Part shown: piece after piece, positions 38,203 through 52,704 of the stretch
Numbering within the stretch: the first letter of the stretch is position 1
Layout: the number at the start of each line of letters is the position of its first letter
Source: Camelus dromedarius
Lineage: Eukaryota
Length of the DNA stretch: 64,000 bases
Direction of reading: 5' to 3'
NCBI RefSeq assembly: GCF_036321535.1
Contig: NC_087436.1
Coordinates: 27,282,001 to 27,346,000, forward strand
Made by a program: the position numbers and the translations under genes
The notes under the pieces: model-generated
The model's database searches: none
What the model was told of the DNA's origin: nothing
Seen by the model: only the letters and a program-made list of their open reading frames with translations

Positions 38203-41200
38203 AGAATTTGTCCTTAAACTAGAACATTTTGGCTTTTGAAGGTTGATGGATGTAGCATGATTTGTGCTTCTGTAACACAGTGGGATTCTAGATAGTAGTT
38301 ACCTTTTGAGTGTTGTCTCTGTGTGTTGGAGAACATTGCAAAAAATGTTCATGGATCATGAGGCACAGTGAGATAAGAATTATGGCACTGGCTAAATGGA
38401 TGACCTCATCACCCAGGGAATTAACTGCAGAACAGTTCATGGCCCAATCCCAGCTTTATGAATAATTTCACATAGAACATCATTTTTACTGCTTCTAAAT
38501 CCTCCACTGGATGTTCTTGTGCTAAAGACACCTGTATTAACTATGGCCTCACAGAGGGGACACAATTTTATACTCCTGTTTTCTAATGCCAGACTAGGAA
38601 GTTCTCATTAGATTCAAATTTTAGGAATTCACCTAAATCAGTGGTTAACACTATGAGCAATAATTTCACTCAACCATCTGCAAGAGTTTGACTAATTAAA
38701 AACAATCTTAGAATAAGTTTTTTTGTCTATTTTTTGTTTTCAGTAAATTGTATGTTAAAGTTTCTTCACTTTTTAAAATTTAGTTGTATGTTTTCACCCT
38801 TATGCATATATACTTGTGAGAGAGATATCAATTACTTGCAGAATTTTAACAAATTGTAAAAGAGATCATACATGTTCCCTTTCAATCAAATATTCTTAAC
38901 TTAATTTCATGGCAAATATTTATCCACACTAAAACACAGCCAATTATTAAATATAATCAAGATTTAGAATATGTCAATGCATATTGAATTTTTAAGCCTG
39001 AAGTGTTTTCTGCCCAATGGGCTTACTTCTTATTGAGGACAGTCATAAATAACTTTAAAATATTCCAATGTGATAAGAAGGAGCTGTAGATTAGGTCATT
39101 GTGGAATTATAGTTCCCTTGCTTAATGATTGTAGAAAATTGCCTGGCAATTGAACAAAGAGAAAAAGGGTGATGTGGTGAATGCCGGCTAATTAAACCAA
39201 TAATTGCTTATTGTTGTGTACCCAGATAATGTGCCCCTGATAATTTTAAATGAAGTCTTGAAGCAGTCTTCTTGAATGAAATGCTGCGCTGGTTAGAGCT
39301 CTACAATACACAATTCTCCTCGTCTTTAGATGGTGGCCTACTTCTCAGAGTTCCTTGTATGACTTAATTAAAAAAAAAAAAAAAACAATGTTATGAAGGA
39401 CTTCTTATATTAGAAATGTTTATGTCAGATAATATCTTTGGATTGATGTTTTTATTTCTTATAACCTATTCATGTCAAGTTATATGTATACATTTGGGAA
39501 TTAATTGCTTTAGCTGTAGAGATGCCACATTCATGTAATTTCCTGAGAAGAATTCTAAGTATTAAAATGTGTTGAACTCCAAAATCTCACTGTGTTAACC
39601 ACAACATATTTTATATTTTATATACTTGACCTTATTTTATTAAAAATTAGCAATAAGATATTAAGACTTTCAATTTATAAATATCTTTGATTTAACTTGT
39701 TTATCCTGCAAGATCATTAATACTGTTTTTGAACCTACATCATTCAATAGTTTTGGTTTAGATATAGTACACTAGTGTCCTCAGGAAAATAAATTCATTT
39801 TTTAATAAAATTTTATTACTTAATATATATATTTTTATGATAAAACTTCTAGTGAGCTTTTTCATTTATCTACATTGCTTTCCTACAGTAACCAACATTA
39901 TAACACTAACAATAAAACCAACATTACTCTTTAAAAATTTTAATATAGAGGAGAGTAAAGGATGGCAGGGTTTACATGATTTATTGAATACGCTATACTG
40001 TGATCCTTAGCTTTTCCAAATTTCACTATGGATTGTAAACCTTTACTGTTACCTTTTTGGTTAGCATGTCATGACTTTACTTTCTTAATAGTCCATTTTC
40101 TGCCACCTTCCAAGAGTAAACCCTAAAATACAAGTTTGACATTCAAACTCACCCAGTTTCACTTATTTTTCAGTTTTTATAAGATAGTGCTTACATGAAG
40201 TAGAATGAGGTGATGGAGGTATGCAATTATTTGCATATATTCCCTTAATCAAATATTTTATTCAAAATTAATATATCTCTAGGGATTCAGGGCTTCTCAA
40301 ACTAAAGAGTGTCCCATATTCAGGGATTTATTTTTGTTTACAATTATATGTAGTTACTTCAGAATATATCACATATTTAAATGATAAATAAATACCATGT
40401 GTGCCCCAGCACCAATTCATGGAAACACTTCGTGAATATATCTTCTTTCTTCTAAATAAACAATTCTGAAAATACATAGATATTTAGTGTTTGTATGTAA
40501 ACAAGTTACAAAACATTTTTTTAAATACCTGAGAGCTTTTCTGGAAAAGCACGTAGAAGGCAGGGTTTATAGGATCTTTCCTCAATGCATTGCCTGACAG
40601 AGCTCCATGAATATAAATGCTTTCTAAATGTTTTGGGGTCATACTGTATAAGTTGATCTATAAGTTTATATTATTCTATGCTTTATTCAGACATATGTGG
40701 ATGATACCCCTCAAAATGGAAGTTTTAAAGGGAAAATAAACTGTGAACAATAATAATTTATACATTAAATCTAAATTCTTAAAACTCTTTATCAATTGGA
40801 AACATCTGAAAACATGATGTTAAATAGAACAATTAATTTTAGAACTGTAAGGAATACTAGATGATTTAACAATATCCTTGGTGTCAAATTACAGTCACGA
40901 ATTAGGGGAACCCTGCCTCATTCTGAGGGTTTACTTGTGATCCTGGCAATAGCATTAGTTTTTCATATACACAGTCAGCAATCTGCTGAGATCCTCTAAT
41001 AAACATCCTGATGCTTTTAACACAAAAAACAATCTTCCTTGTTACAATAATATGTCCTGTAACCCAATCCCATAACCTACTAATCCACTCTGCCCCCATG
41101 CTCTCTAAGATGGCCAAATAAACTTTCTATCTACTAGTTGTTTGATAGGCTTTTGAATGTATAAAACTAACCAATATAATTCAAAAGATATGCTGTACCC

Positions 41201-43049
41201 ATAAGATTAAAAAATATATTTATATATACACACACATAGACATTTGCCTCTGATTGTATATGAGTAGAAATCAGTTATACTTAAGTCCTGCCTAAATGAT
41301 TTTTCTTATTTGTGTGTGTATTTCTTTACATTTTTATTAGATTAATGTAGGAAAAAGCTTATAATACTAAATAGATGATAGAAATCTAAAACATTTCCAT
41401 ATGATGTTGTTTATGTTACTCTTATTTTGATGTAGACATTGAGTAAAAGCTTTTAGGTGTCTAATATTACAAACTCTCTTCCTCTTCATGACAGGAAAAT
41501 TTTCATCATTTGCCTCAGATATGCGTATATGAGACCAATATTTCTAACCATGTTTTTGGAAACATACTGTTACCTCTTAAAAAAAAGTTGGTGAAGCATT
41601 TTATTAAGCAAGATGAGTGCTTTGTAATGAGCAAACAGGTTTTCTATAAACTTATTAATTCTCTAGGAATCATGAGATATTAAAGCTGGGAGTAATTTAA
41701 TATTCTAACTTAATTCTTATACTTTAGAGATGAGTAATATTGTAACTTTGTAAAGTTGTTTGTTTAACTATAACATAGATATGACCTTTACTTTCCTGGT
41801 TTAATTATATAACGTGGCATATATTTCTCTATATATATGTACATTTTAAATTTTATGATAGCATTTCACTGGTCTAATCTAACTACAGGTTACACTCAGC
41901 ACAGAACTGAAGAACTGAGGTTTAGAATAACCCATTTTTCTAGCAGAACCTACAGTTTGGTCAGAAAAGTAAGCCTTGCACAGTGATTCCCCACAAGGAA
42001 AATTCTTGCACCCTGTTTTTAACAAATTAATTATCCTGAAAATTCATGCCAAATATTTTAACAAGTAGCTTATCATAAAAAATGAACTTTTAAAAGTGTG
42101 CAATGCAATTACAGTCTTTGAAACTGAATAGAATTTCAGAGATACACTCAGTATGCTTGAGTTTGCAGAAATTCATACAGTGAAATATAATTTGGCTGTA
42201 AAGAACTTATTTCTGTTTGTTCTTTGTCTTGATAAAAATTTCTGATATAAAACCATCTGTTTAAAACTTGTAAAAATAGTCTACCAATGCATGTAATTCC
42301 AAGCATCATAAATTACTTGAATACTGAAAGTCTGAAGTGTTGTGCTGATATAGATGAATCTTGATGATGAATGAATATACAGAAAGACCAAGTATGCCTG
42401 TTGTGAATGAATAATTGTATATCATTAGTGTTTTATACACAAATCATCCTACTCTCTCATTTCAATTCTAATTTATACAATAATCATTTTGGCTTATATC
42501 AAAGTGTTTAAGATTACCAAAACCATAATAAATATTCCTCCATTTGCAACACAAAAGCTCAATAAAATGAATTTTAAGTTAATGTCAGGAGAAATAAAAA
42601 GAACATTGTACCTGGGAAAATAAATTTTACCTAACACATTATTAGGTTAAATATTTTTCACATCAACCACCCAAGACATAGTATCTTAACTGTATAATAA
42701 CAAATGACTTAAGCATCATAACTCACTATTTAAAAAAGGAAAATTTCAATATATGTCAAAAGTAGCAGAAGTTTATAATATGATGTAAAAGTCAAAGTGC
42801 TAAGCAAAAATCTTTTAAAATGTGAAGTGAATATATATTTAATTATTCACCTATGTCAATGTCAGATATTTGACTGTCTTACCCATAGAACAAAATAAGA
42901 ACACAGACATTAGTAATTAGGAGGCTCAAATACTAGTTTTAAACTTTCATGGCAGAAGCTCATCCATGTTACTTCAGAGGAAAAACAACATTTCTTGGGT
43001 CATATAGCATCATCTTTTACTGTGAGGTGGAATTGCTTGATGGTGCCCT

Positions 43050-43205
43050 ACATGGGCACTGGGTTGAATTCTGGCTCTTCTGACTTCCAGTTGTGTGCTC
43101 TTGGCTAATCATCCAGTCTCTCCATTCTTTATTTCTTAAATGAAATTTAATACTGTCATCTTCATAGGATTGTTGGATAAATTAAAAAAGATAATGTAAA
43201 AATGA
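43050..43205 (+). mobile_element. MIR
   Basis: ctgggttgaattctggctcttctgacttccagttgtgtgctcttggc...cttcataggattgttgg. Confidence 0.8.
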
Positions 43206-44309
43206 CCATTAAGTCCACTGTTAGTTTATGCCTAAATATATAAAAATTGTTTTCTTTTTTAGTGGCACAACATTAGATAAGTACTCTCTCTTGTATAAGT
43301 ACCTTCTCCTTCCCACCAATTCAGTATTATCTCATATATTCTTTACTTACCAGGGAAGTTGTGTATATTTGTAAATCTTTCAAACATGGAGAAGCTAAAA
43401 GCTTAACATCACAGGTAATAGCCTGTGTAAGTCATAGAATATAGATATCAATTATCTTTAAGTTGAAGCAATATACATATATTTTAATTCAGTTAAAAAC
43501 TAAAATAGCTGGTATAACAAATATTGATTACCTTTATAAAGATAAAGAACATCAATTAACTTTAAAAATTGCAGTCCCAAATCGTGTCTTTTTTTAAAGG
43601 CGTACATCTATAAGAAAATCTTTAAAGTAATGAAATGTTTGAAAATTAGCAATCAGCAGAATAGTAGCAAGTGCAAAACAAAAAAAATCAGCATGAAAAA
43701 TGAATGTCAAGTGAGTAAAAACAAGGCTACAAAAATTGAGTGATCTAAATATCGTATGTTATAATTATAAAACATATTGTACTGTATACCACCATGATAA
43801 AAAGTTATGCTGAAAATAAAGTAGAATAGATTTAATTATTGTGTTTTTTTTTCAATATTGTTAAGAGAAGGACAGTTTAGTTGTGCTCTTTCTGCTTAAA
43901 TCAAAAGAACTTGATCTTAACATTTTACAAATTATATTGTATTCTATAGCTAAAAATATAAATATCTGTATTATGGAATGGCGTGATGTGATTTTGCCCC
44001 TTATTCAGAATTCTGTAAAACAAGTAAGCAGTATAAATGTTCTGTGAAGGTAGCATTAGTGAGAGATGCTGTTCTATAAGTCAGTATAAAAGTCTCAGAA
44101 CTTCTTATGCTCCCCAGATTATTTTGGGGCCAAAATTAACAAATTAATGAAAGCAACAGAATTTGATCTCACCCTAAAGATTTTGTGATAATATACAAAC
44201 TGTCCATAAAGATGTTTCTGAAACAGATGCAGCTTATGATTTCCCATTTCTTCTTCATCCCTCCTCCTTCTCTCAGCATCAGTCATGGGACCAATCAATG
44301 ATATCACCT

Positions 44310-44870
44310 AAATATTTTCTCCTTTCTCTCTGTCCCCACTGCTATCATCTTAGTTAAGGCAAATTATCTTCAAACATATCAGAGTGCTGAAATAAAGACA
44401 TAACTTTAGTACTTCTATTCTAGATTTTTTTTCTATAACCACCTATTATGTAAATATCTATAATTTACCTATCAAAACAAAAAACAAAAAACAAAATCTT
44501 CCATTCTCTCTCTCCAAATCTGCTTTATCCAATTCCCCATCTCAGTGAGTGGCATGTCCATCCTTCTATTCCCTGAGACCAAAATCCTTGATATCTCATT
44601 GATTAGGCATTTCTTGTCATATCCCACATCCAATCCAACAGCAATTTCTGTTAGCTGTCTTTAAAATATATCTAGAATTCAAACATTTCACCTCTGTCTT
44701 CCAGCTCTGAGCTACTTCCTCTCCCATCTGGATTTAATGTATTAATTCCTTACTGAGGTCTTTGCCTCTGTATGTTCTATTTTCAAAACATTTGGCAAGA
44801 CTGTTCTTTTAAAAGTAAATGCCTACATCATGGTGTAACTCTTTCCAAATCCCTGCAATGGACTCTTCTT
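44310..44870 (+). mobile_element. L2 fragment
   Basis: ttccccatctcagtgagtggca...cccacatccaatccaacagcaatttctgttagctgtctttaaaatatatctagaat. Confidence 0.75.
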
Positions 44871-45147
44871 CTTCCCCTTTTTTTATTTTTATTTTTTTAA
44901 TAATAAAAGACCAGATCCACCCATTCTAACCAAAGAGTTAATCTCTGTTCATATTTTCTATTTATAGCACCATGGCATGACTGATCAGCACTAGCTGATT
45001 CCGCTTACCATATGTGGAGGTTCACATTGGTTCTCTGGTTTGTTTATTCCTCTAGCCAATTTCAGTGCAACTTCTTCCTTTTTTTTGCCTAGTTACATGT
45101 GTTTATAAATTTCATTACCATAAATAGCAGACTGTGACATCTTCATT

Positions 45148-45392
45148 GGGGGTATGAGCTTTGGAATCTAACTGCGTATGTTCAAAACATTGATTTTCAG
45201 ATGACATCTTTGCAATGTTGGAAAGGTTAATATACCTGTATGTGCCTCAGTGTTCTCATCTCCAAAATAGGAATGATAATAGTACCTATTTCATGTTCTG
45301 ATGTCAATATTAAAGGAACTGATACATATATAGTATTTAGAACAGCACCTGGTCTACAGTAAGGTCTCAACTCTTGTTAACTTTTATTATTG
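45148..45392 (+). mobile_element. MIR
   Basis: gagctttggaatctaactgc...tgtgcctcagtgttctcatctccaaaataggaatgataatagtacctatttcat...tttagaacagcacctgg. Confidence 0.85.
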
Positions 45393-47044
45393 AAAGTAAA
45401 TAAAAGGTGACAATAAAATTTCTAGTACTTTAGTGCAGTTGACAGGTGATAAAACTGCCAAATTTTAAGGAGCTTTCAATTTTAAAATTGAACCATGCAG
45501 TTTTATTTTACAAAACGTGAGTGTTCTAAATTTTTTGATATTTCCTACGTTGGAAACTGTGTCAATATTATGCTACCTACCAGCCATATTATAAAAGGCA
45601 AGGGAATTATTCTTTCAAAATTCATACGCTCTTACTAACAAAGTTTGTTATGTATATTATTGTCTTGTATTGTCAATTTTATTTACTTTGTTTTAGTTAT
45701 CCACAATTCAGTAATTTTTAAACTATAGCTAGTTTCTAAATATTGAATATAAATAACCAGTATTTTAATATGATTGTGTGATTATTATTTACTGCAATTG
45801 CAATACATTACCACATGTAATAAAATATTATTGCTTGAAAGAGGCTCTACTAAAAATCAATATTTTATTAATACTGCTTTACTTCATGTGGATAACAATC
45901 ATCTAAAATGGTTTCTGATCTCTTACATCATTCTCCTCTTTTAATTACTTTTTTACTTTGTTGAAATAATGTACATATTTCTTTACAACTGGATAGATAT
46001 AGATATAGGTCTAGATACGGATATATATGTAGGTATCTAATTGCTCTAAAGGCTGATATGCTTTTAGTTGGCTCTCACACGTCGATAATTTTTAGGCTTG
46101 GTATATATTTGTTTCCTTCAGGTTTGAGCTATTGTTCATTACATTTCAGAATGTTGTATTGCAGTTGAGAAGTCTAAAATCAGTCTGGTATTTTTCCTGT
46201 GAAGGCAGATTGAAATCTTCTGTGTGTTACTTTTACTTTTCTTTCCATTCTGAAGGCTTTAAAGATATTTAGACATGTCACTTGGTTTGTACTGGATGTG
46301 GATTTGATTTCAACCCCACCTACTGGATCTTGGGTGGAATTTAACTCTCTCAGGTGGTCTGAGCTCTGTCATGATAGGCCGGCTGCAGTAATATTCCTTG
46401 GGCCTTTTTTCTCTCAGTACTTTCTATTGACTGCAGGCTTGGAATTTCTTAGCCCTCTTGGAATGAAGCGTATTTTAAAACAAAAGTAAACCTGCCCTCA
46501 TAGACATTATTATGACGGTTGTCACATACTGTATTATTGCCTGTAGAGCATAAGAATACACATCACTATAAACTATTTTATGGAAAAATTCTGTGTTAGT
46601 ATAATTAACCAGGTCAAACATAATGACGGTGTAATCTCGAACATGTTAGCACTTAATTTATCTTTAAATCTGAAGATATATAAACTCATAAAAAGGTCAT
46701 AAATTCTATCCCTGATCCTAAGACAAATAAGATAGAAAAATAATTACAAAATGGTGATGAGTAGAGGAGTGGTTTTCTACATGATGCAAAATTTCCTGTG
46801 GAAAAAAAACAAGAATGAACATTAGATCCATTAAAGTCTGATCAATAATTCGCTCTCAGTAATGTGCTGCTAAAATCTATTTATTCCTGACCACTTTTTC
46901 ATGTTTTCTTCCTCCCCCATAATAAAGCAGTGATAGATGGGGCCAGTACACCATCTGTAAGTCCTATATTAGTGACATGTTATCTCTCCTACAACCACTT
47001 TGCAGTTACTTTAGTTTTTACTAAAAACAGACCAGATACTTATT

Positions 47045-47240
47045 CACTGAGTCAGATAGTTTTGGGTTTGACTCTCAGCTTCACTACTTAAAGCTTAAAG
47101 CTTTGATCTACTTAATCTCACTAGCACTCAGGTTTGACATCTTTTAAGTGGGGAGTGAGGAAAATCATACCTTTACTGCCCGGTGGCAATGCTGACATGA
47201 AATATCCTTTATAAAATGCATAGCATTTAGTTGTTGTTCT
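47045..47240 (+). mobile_element. MIR, degraded
   Basis: gagtcagatagttttgggtttgactctcagcttcactactt...ctcaggtttgacatcttttaagtgggg. Confidence 0.6.
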
Positions 47241-48459
47241 ATAAATTCATTCTCTTCATCTTCTTTTACCTGCTTCTCCTCTATGTCTGCTGGGCCAATG
47301 CAAAGGAAAATTGGACTGTTTTCTTTGTAACATCTTTTTTTTTTTTTTAGTTCATTAATTTACTTCTTTTATTTTTCTTTAGTAATTTTTGGATGACTTT
47401 TATGAAATGAATGAGGCACAGTCATCATGTGAGGTTATCGAGTAAACTTGGAGATTTATGTGTTTGGTGGCTGAAAATGTGGAGGAGTATAATTGCAGAA
47501 CTTCTTGAAGCTGTTGAGCTCTGAAATGTAGTAGGTATGTAAAGATGCTACTTGGCAATTAGAATCAGGAGATCCTATTAGGATGTGTATTAATAAAGTG
47601 TTTGTATATCCTCAGTGACTCACTTTTTAATTATTCAAGGAAGCTATGAAATAAAAATGCTAAATTGGCAAACTACAGCATCAGTGGTCTAATACAGAAT
47701 AGCATGCTAAGGATTTAAATTAGAGGATTCCTCTTTGTCTCTATACAAACACTATTAATCTGAACGAAGTAAATTTAGTTTCTCTTAGGTTAAGCTCTCA
47801 GACTTGAAAACTATTATAAAGTGTTCCTTATGCTTGTCAACATGTTAGTTTCACCTTTTTTCTTTGCTGAGTGGACATTTTATTTAATGTCCATTGCATT
47901 AAATTTTACTTAATTTTGTTTCTTCTAAGTGTATAATGTATATGTATAATGTATGAGGAGGGTCTATGAAAGTATAAAAAAGAGATGGCAGAAATATGAC
48001 AGAAGCAAACGTTCATAAATACAGACGATGAGCTGGTGATCTTATGTAGTCTCTCTGAGAAATAGGTATTGTTATTGAGAGTTTAAGTGACTTCGGCAAA
48101 GCCACACACTTAGTAAATGGTGTGGTGGGAATACAGAGAAGGCCAGATGATTGTCTGGGTTTGATTATTTCCAGTTTAGTCTTCTGCTGTTAGCAAGGGA
48201 TGTGACCGCCACTTTCAGAACATATGAACCTTTCTTAGTCTTGCCATACAGCAGGAAGGAAAATGTGTGACATGACAATGAAGATGAATATACTTCTACT
48301 AAGCTCTGAGCGAACGAGACAATATCACGATATGCTAATCATGTAGAAAGAAAGTTTCTTTACACATGATTTTATGGATCAAAAAAAAATTGTTGAAGTT
48401 TTTACTTCCAAACTTTTATTCTACTAACCAATATGACTGCAGCCTGTCTAATATTGAAC

Positions 48460-49532
48460 TTTCAACTTAATATTTGAACTTGGATTTCCAATGCACATCA
48501 CATATTTAATATGTCCAAAGCAGAAATATTAATCCACTTCCCTGTAAACCTACCTCTCTCTTAGTTTTTCCCATCTGAGTAAATTTCACTATCATTTTCC
48601 AGTAGGCATGCTTTGAATTGCATTCAATCTTTATTTTTCCCACTACCTGAGCAAGTTCTATTGACTATAAATACCATAAATATAATCATGTCTCATGATT
48701 CCACCTTCAATATTATAGTCCAAAACACCATCATTATTTTTACTTGGGTTGTTTAAATTACCTCTTACCTAATCTTGTTTTTTTCCCTTCCACCTATTGT
48801 GGGTTGACTAGTGCCCCTTCCCTCAAAATAGATACACCAGGAACCTCAGAATGCAAACTTTTTTGGAAATAGGATCTTGTCATATATAATCAGTTAAGGA
48901 TCTTGAGATTAAATCTTCCTGAATTTAGGATTCCAATGACAGATGTACTATAAAAAGAGGAGAGGACACATAGAAACACAAAGAGAGAAAGGCAGTATGA
49001 AGATGGAGGCAAAGATTGGTGTGAGGGTCTAAAAGCTAAGGACTTCAAAACTTGCAGGCAACCCCAAAAGCTAGAAGGCATGGGACAGGTTCTTCAGAGC
49101 TTCCAGAGTGATCAATCTGCTGACTTTTGGTTTTAGACTTTAGCTTCCTGAGCTATGAGACAATAGATTTCTGTTCTTTTAAGCCACCCGTTTGTGGTAA
49201 TTTTTTATGCATCCCTAGAAACCAATACATTATCCTATCCCTCTACTCTCATTTCTTCACTAAACACCCAGAGTGCTTTAAACAACAACAACACTAACAG
49301 CAATGATCGATTCACTTCCATCCTAAAGTCCTTTAAGGGCAAACCAACATATTTCAAGCAAATACATAGTGCTGGGCGTGACCTACAAGTTCCTAGGATC
49401 TGGTCCCTAACTTTCTTTTTGACTTCAATACCTCCTCCTATGTCTGCTTGCTCTCTTCAAACATAATGACCCGAAGACTGGTTGCATAGTAGGTGCTCAA
49501 TAAAATGAATGAAGAATTGACTGAATGAATGA
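48460..49532 (+). mobile_element. L2 3' portion split by an MLT1 LTR
   Basis: catatttaatatgtccaaagcaga...ttcccatctgagtaaat; ends gcatagtaggtgctcaataaaatgaatgaa...tgaatgaatga. Confidence 0.75.
48798..49228 (+). mobile_element. MaLR solo LTR, MLT1C-like
   Basis: tgtgggttgactagtgcccc...ggaacctcagaatg...ttggaaatagg...gaagatggaggcaaagattgg...tttctgttcttttaagccacccgtttgtggtaatt...ctagaaaccaataca. Confidence 0.9.
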
Positions 49533-51816
49533 TACATTGAGTCAAGATAGATTTTAGCTCTAAACAACTAAAGAAAAATGATCTAACTTATCATTTCTAT
49601 GTCTCTAAATCAATCGGTACAAGAAAGAAAGCAGGCATCATCTGAAGACTTTTTTGAAAAGTCATGCTGTTAGTTCACTTGGAAGACTGCTCACATTATT
49701 TGCGTTTGCCTCTGACATACATTAAATGTTACTTTTAGAAACTTTGCCAAGGTACCAGGATAATTCCCTTCTTTTTGCTAAGGCCTGCTTAATAATTTGG
49801 TATTCTATAAAGCATGATGTGGACATCCATAACAGAGAGAGAGATACCAGTTCAGAGAGTTTTTAGTTGACTTTGGATTTTATTTGACAAGACTCTTTTC
49901 TTAAAATTTTCTTCTTGATGTAATATTAAATAATAGACAAATATCAAATATCACCTAAAGGTAGGTTTTTTAAAATTTCAAAATATAAAATCTTTGTCAC
50001 ACAACCTGGAGTGAAGAAGGAAGCAAAAATATATTTTGCTGATGCTATTATATGAATGTGATTAGTGATTCCTTCTCAAGTAAGAAAATGCTCTGATATT
50101 CTATATAATATAGATGATTGAAGTTATGACATTTCAGTGTAACTTTTCTTCTTTGGGATGCAAATGGTCAATTTTATCTTTTACCCAACTGAGCCATTAT
50201 AAATAATCAAGAATGTGTACCTATCACACCCCACCCCCAGAGAATAAGGCATAACATTTTTGAGGCAAATGATATGTTTCTACTTACTATTTTATCTTGT
50301 GGTGGCTTACAAAAATCATCTCTTGTGATAATACAGCAGCAAGATCTAGAAATATGGTGACAGCCTATCAAACATGTCTTCCCAGGAGAAGATTAAAAAC
50401 CCCAACAATGGCAATGTAGAAGAACTGGAATTCAAGGAGGATTGTCTGCATATAAAAAAGTATTTGTTGTCTAACAGTGCAATCCCTGGCAGCATTAAAT
50501 AACTAAGTGTCATCATGTGGTTTCCAGGGAACGAGCACTGCAAAAAACATTAGCACTTTAATCTCTTGCTTTTCACTGAGTTGCCTACTTAGTAATGTTG
50601 AGCAACATACCTCACCAACTATAGAATAGCCTCCTTTACCTGCCCGTAAATATGATCTCCCTCCTCATCATGATCAAATATATTGATAAAATAGTTTATG
50701 TTTGCAAGTCTCATTCTGTTCCATTTTTTCATCCACAATGCAATTTTTACTTTCAACATTAGCTTTTAACAGAAAATTTTCTGCAAAACTCATCAGTGAT
50801 CTCATATTACAAAATTAAACTTTATAGATTTGCATCCTTCTGTACCTACTTGCATTATTTCATCTCTTTTGAATACTTTCTCACTCTTAAAACCATCCTC
50901 TGTTTTGTTTTCTTGTTTCCATTTTTTGTCAATTGTTTTTCTCCTCTTTCCCCACAAAAACTTTCTCAGCCTGCTGAAAATAATCCTCATCCTTTGCTTG
51001 TTTCTTAACTTTGGTGATATTCTACATTCATAATCTTTGCTCTAACTATAAGCTTTTGAAAGGTCATTTCTTATAGACACAGACTAGATTAACAAATATT
51101 CGTATTTTACATTTTCCTAAGAATTAATTTTGTAAATAGGCTGTGACCCACACCCACACACAAACCAAAGACAAGCTTACCCTTGGAAGGATTGCTTCTT
51201 GTACTGCTTACATTTCACAGTGTTTAGAATGCACATAATCAGTCCTTAAAATATAGGTAAGCAGGTTAATGTATAGAAAGAGATTGTTCTATAGTTTTAT
51301 CTTTATCAAGCTACACATAAAATATCTTTGGAGTTCTTTATTATTCTTTACCTTGACTAATTCAGTAGGCTAAGCATAACTAATTGCCAGGGAGAACAGA
51401 GTTCAGGGTGCAAATAAAGGGTTGATTATGATGAAGAATCAGGATTTCAATGGGATAAAAAAAAGAAACTGACACAGAAAGTGTGATGAGTAGTAAAAAA
51501 GAAAAGTGGTAGGATCTACGGTTTTCAGTGTCTCACTGAGTGTTGAATAATTGCAGGAGTACAAGTATTGGATGGAGTGAGGTGGGAATTAAGGATGTTG
51601 GTCTGAGAAGGAGAGGTTTTGGAATTGAGATGAAGGTGGAGGAGAAGTTATTAGTAATGATAATACTAGGAAATAACCATGGGGAAAAGTGGCTAAGAGC
51701 AGAAGATAAGATTACTTGAAAAAAAGAAAGCAACAGAGGATAAAATTCAAGGCTAATCCAAGGCTTTTGAAAACAAGAACTATCATGACAGTAACAGTGA
51801 ACTAAAATACTCAAGA

Positions 51817-51910
51817 TCATTTCTCAATGTGTTCAAATATCAAATGATTATGTTGTACAGCTTAAACTAATGTAAAGTTATATGTCAATTATACCTCAAT
51901 AAAAATAAAA
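51817..51910 (+). mobile_element. Extremely truncated L1 3' tail with TSD
   Basis: tcatttctcaatgtgttcaaatatcaaatgattatgttgtacagcttaaactaat...gtcaattatacctcaataaaa. TSD taaaatactcaaga (51803-51816) / taaaatacccaaga (51911-51924). Confidence 0.88.
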
Positions 51911-52704
51911 TAAAATACCCAAGAAATTACCCAAGCATTTTAGATCAGCCATTTGGGGTAGTGGAATATATAATTTGATGATATGAAATTCAAAGTTTGA
52001 GATTCTTATGGAAGAGGGGAGAGTCATACAGAAGTTGCCACGTGGTTCATGGAGGACAGACACCACACATCCAGGTCCAGTCACATTAAGATTGAGGGAA
52101 AGAAAAGAGCTACCACTTGAGAGGGCTTGGGAGGACCATGCCAGAAACGTACAAACTTCTGGAGCCGTCATATTCATTCTTATGCACGCTGGGTTAGAAC
52201 GCTAGGGAGAAGAGTTTTCCAGTTACACCAGGCTTAAATATATTTCCAAGAAGGTATGGGAACCTGGGAGCTACAGTCTGCCCAGGGTTATCCAACTTCC
52301 TATTTGCACCTACACCCATCTAACAGAATATGACTGAAGAAGAAGCACGTGGTGCAAAGAGGTCTCACAGGCCTCACTTTAATTTTAAGGTCACTAATCC
52401 CACCTAGTTCCCTAATGTTCTTGGGTAATCATTACTCTAGTCCACTTTTCCCATCTCCTAGGTAGCTTTTAATCTCCAAAACCTTCCGATTCCCCTCATT
52501 CTTAACTGATGAGAAACTCCAAAGTTTCTCATTTTTTTGAGTTTCATTCAGATTATAGAAGCAATTGGAAGAGTATTTACACAAGCCCCTGTCACTTATC
52601 CACGTACCAAAGGGCACCTATGCCCACATCCTCCATTCTTCTCCAATGCCATTGAATGACTCCCTACTCTTAGCCAAGTCTAAAATACCCATTATATGCT
52701 AGAG

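Noticed and set aside
51990..52420. GC-richer segment, possibly an ancient LTR (similarly 32680-33100 and 63170-63560)
   Set aside because: I could not assign termini or a family by eye, so it is not reported as a feature.
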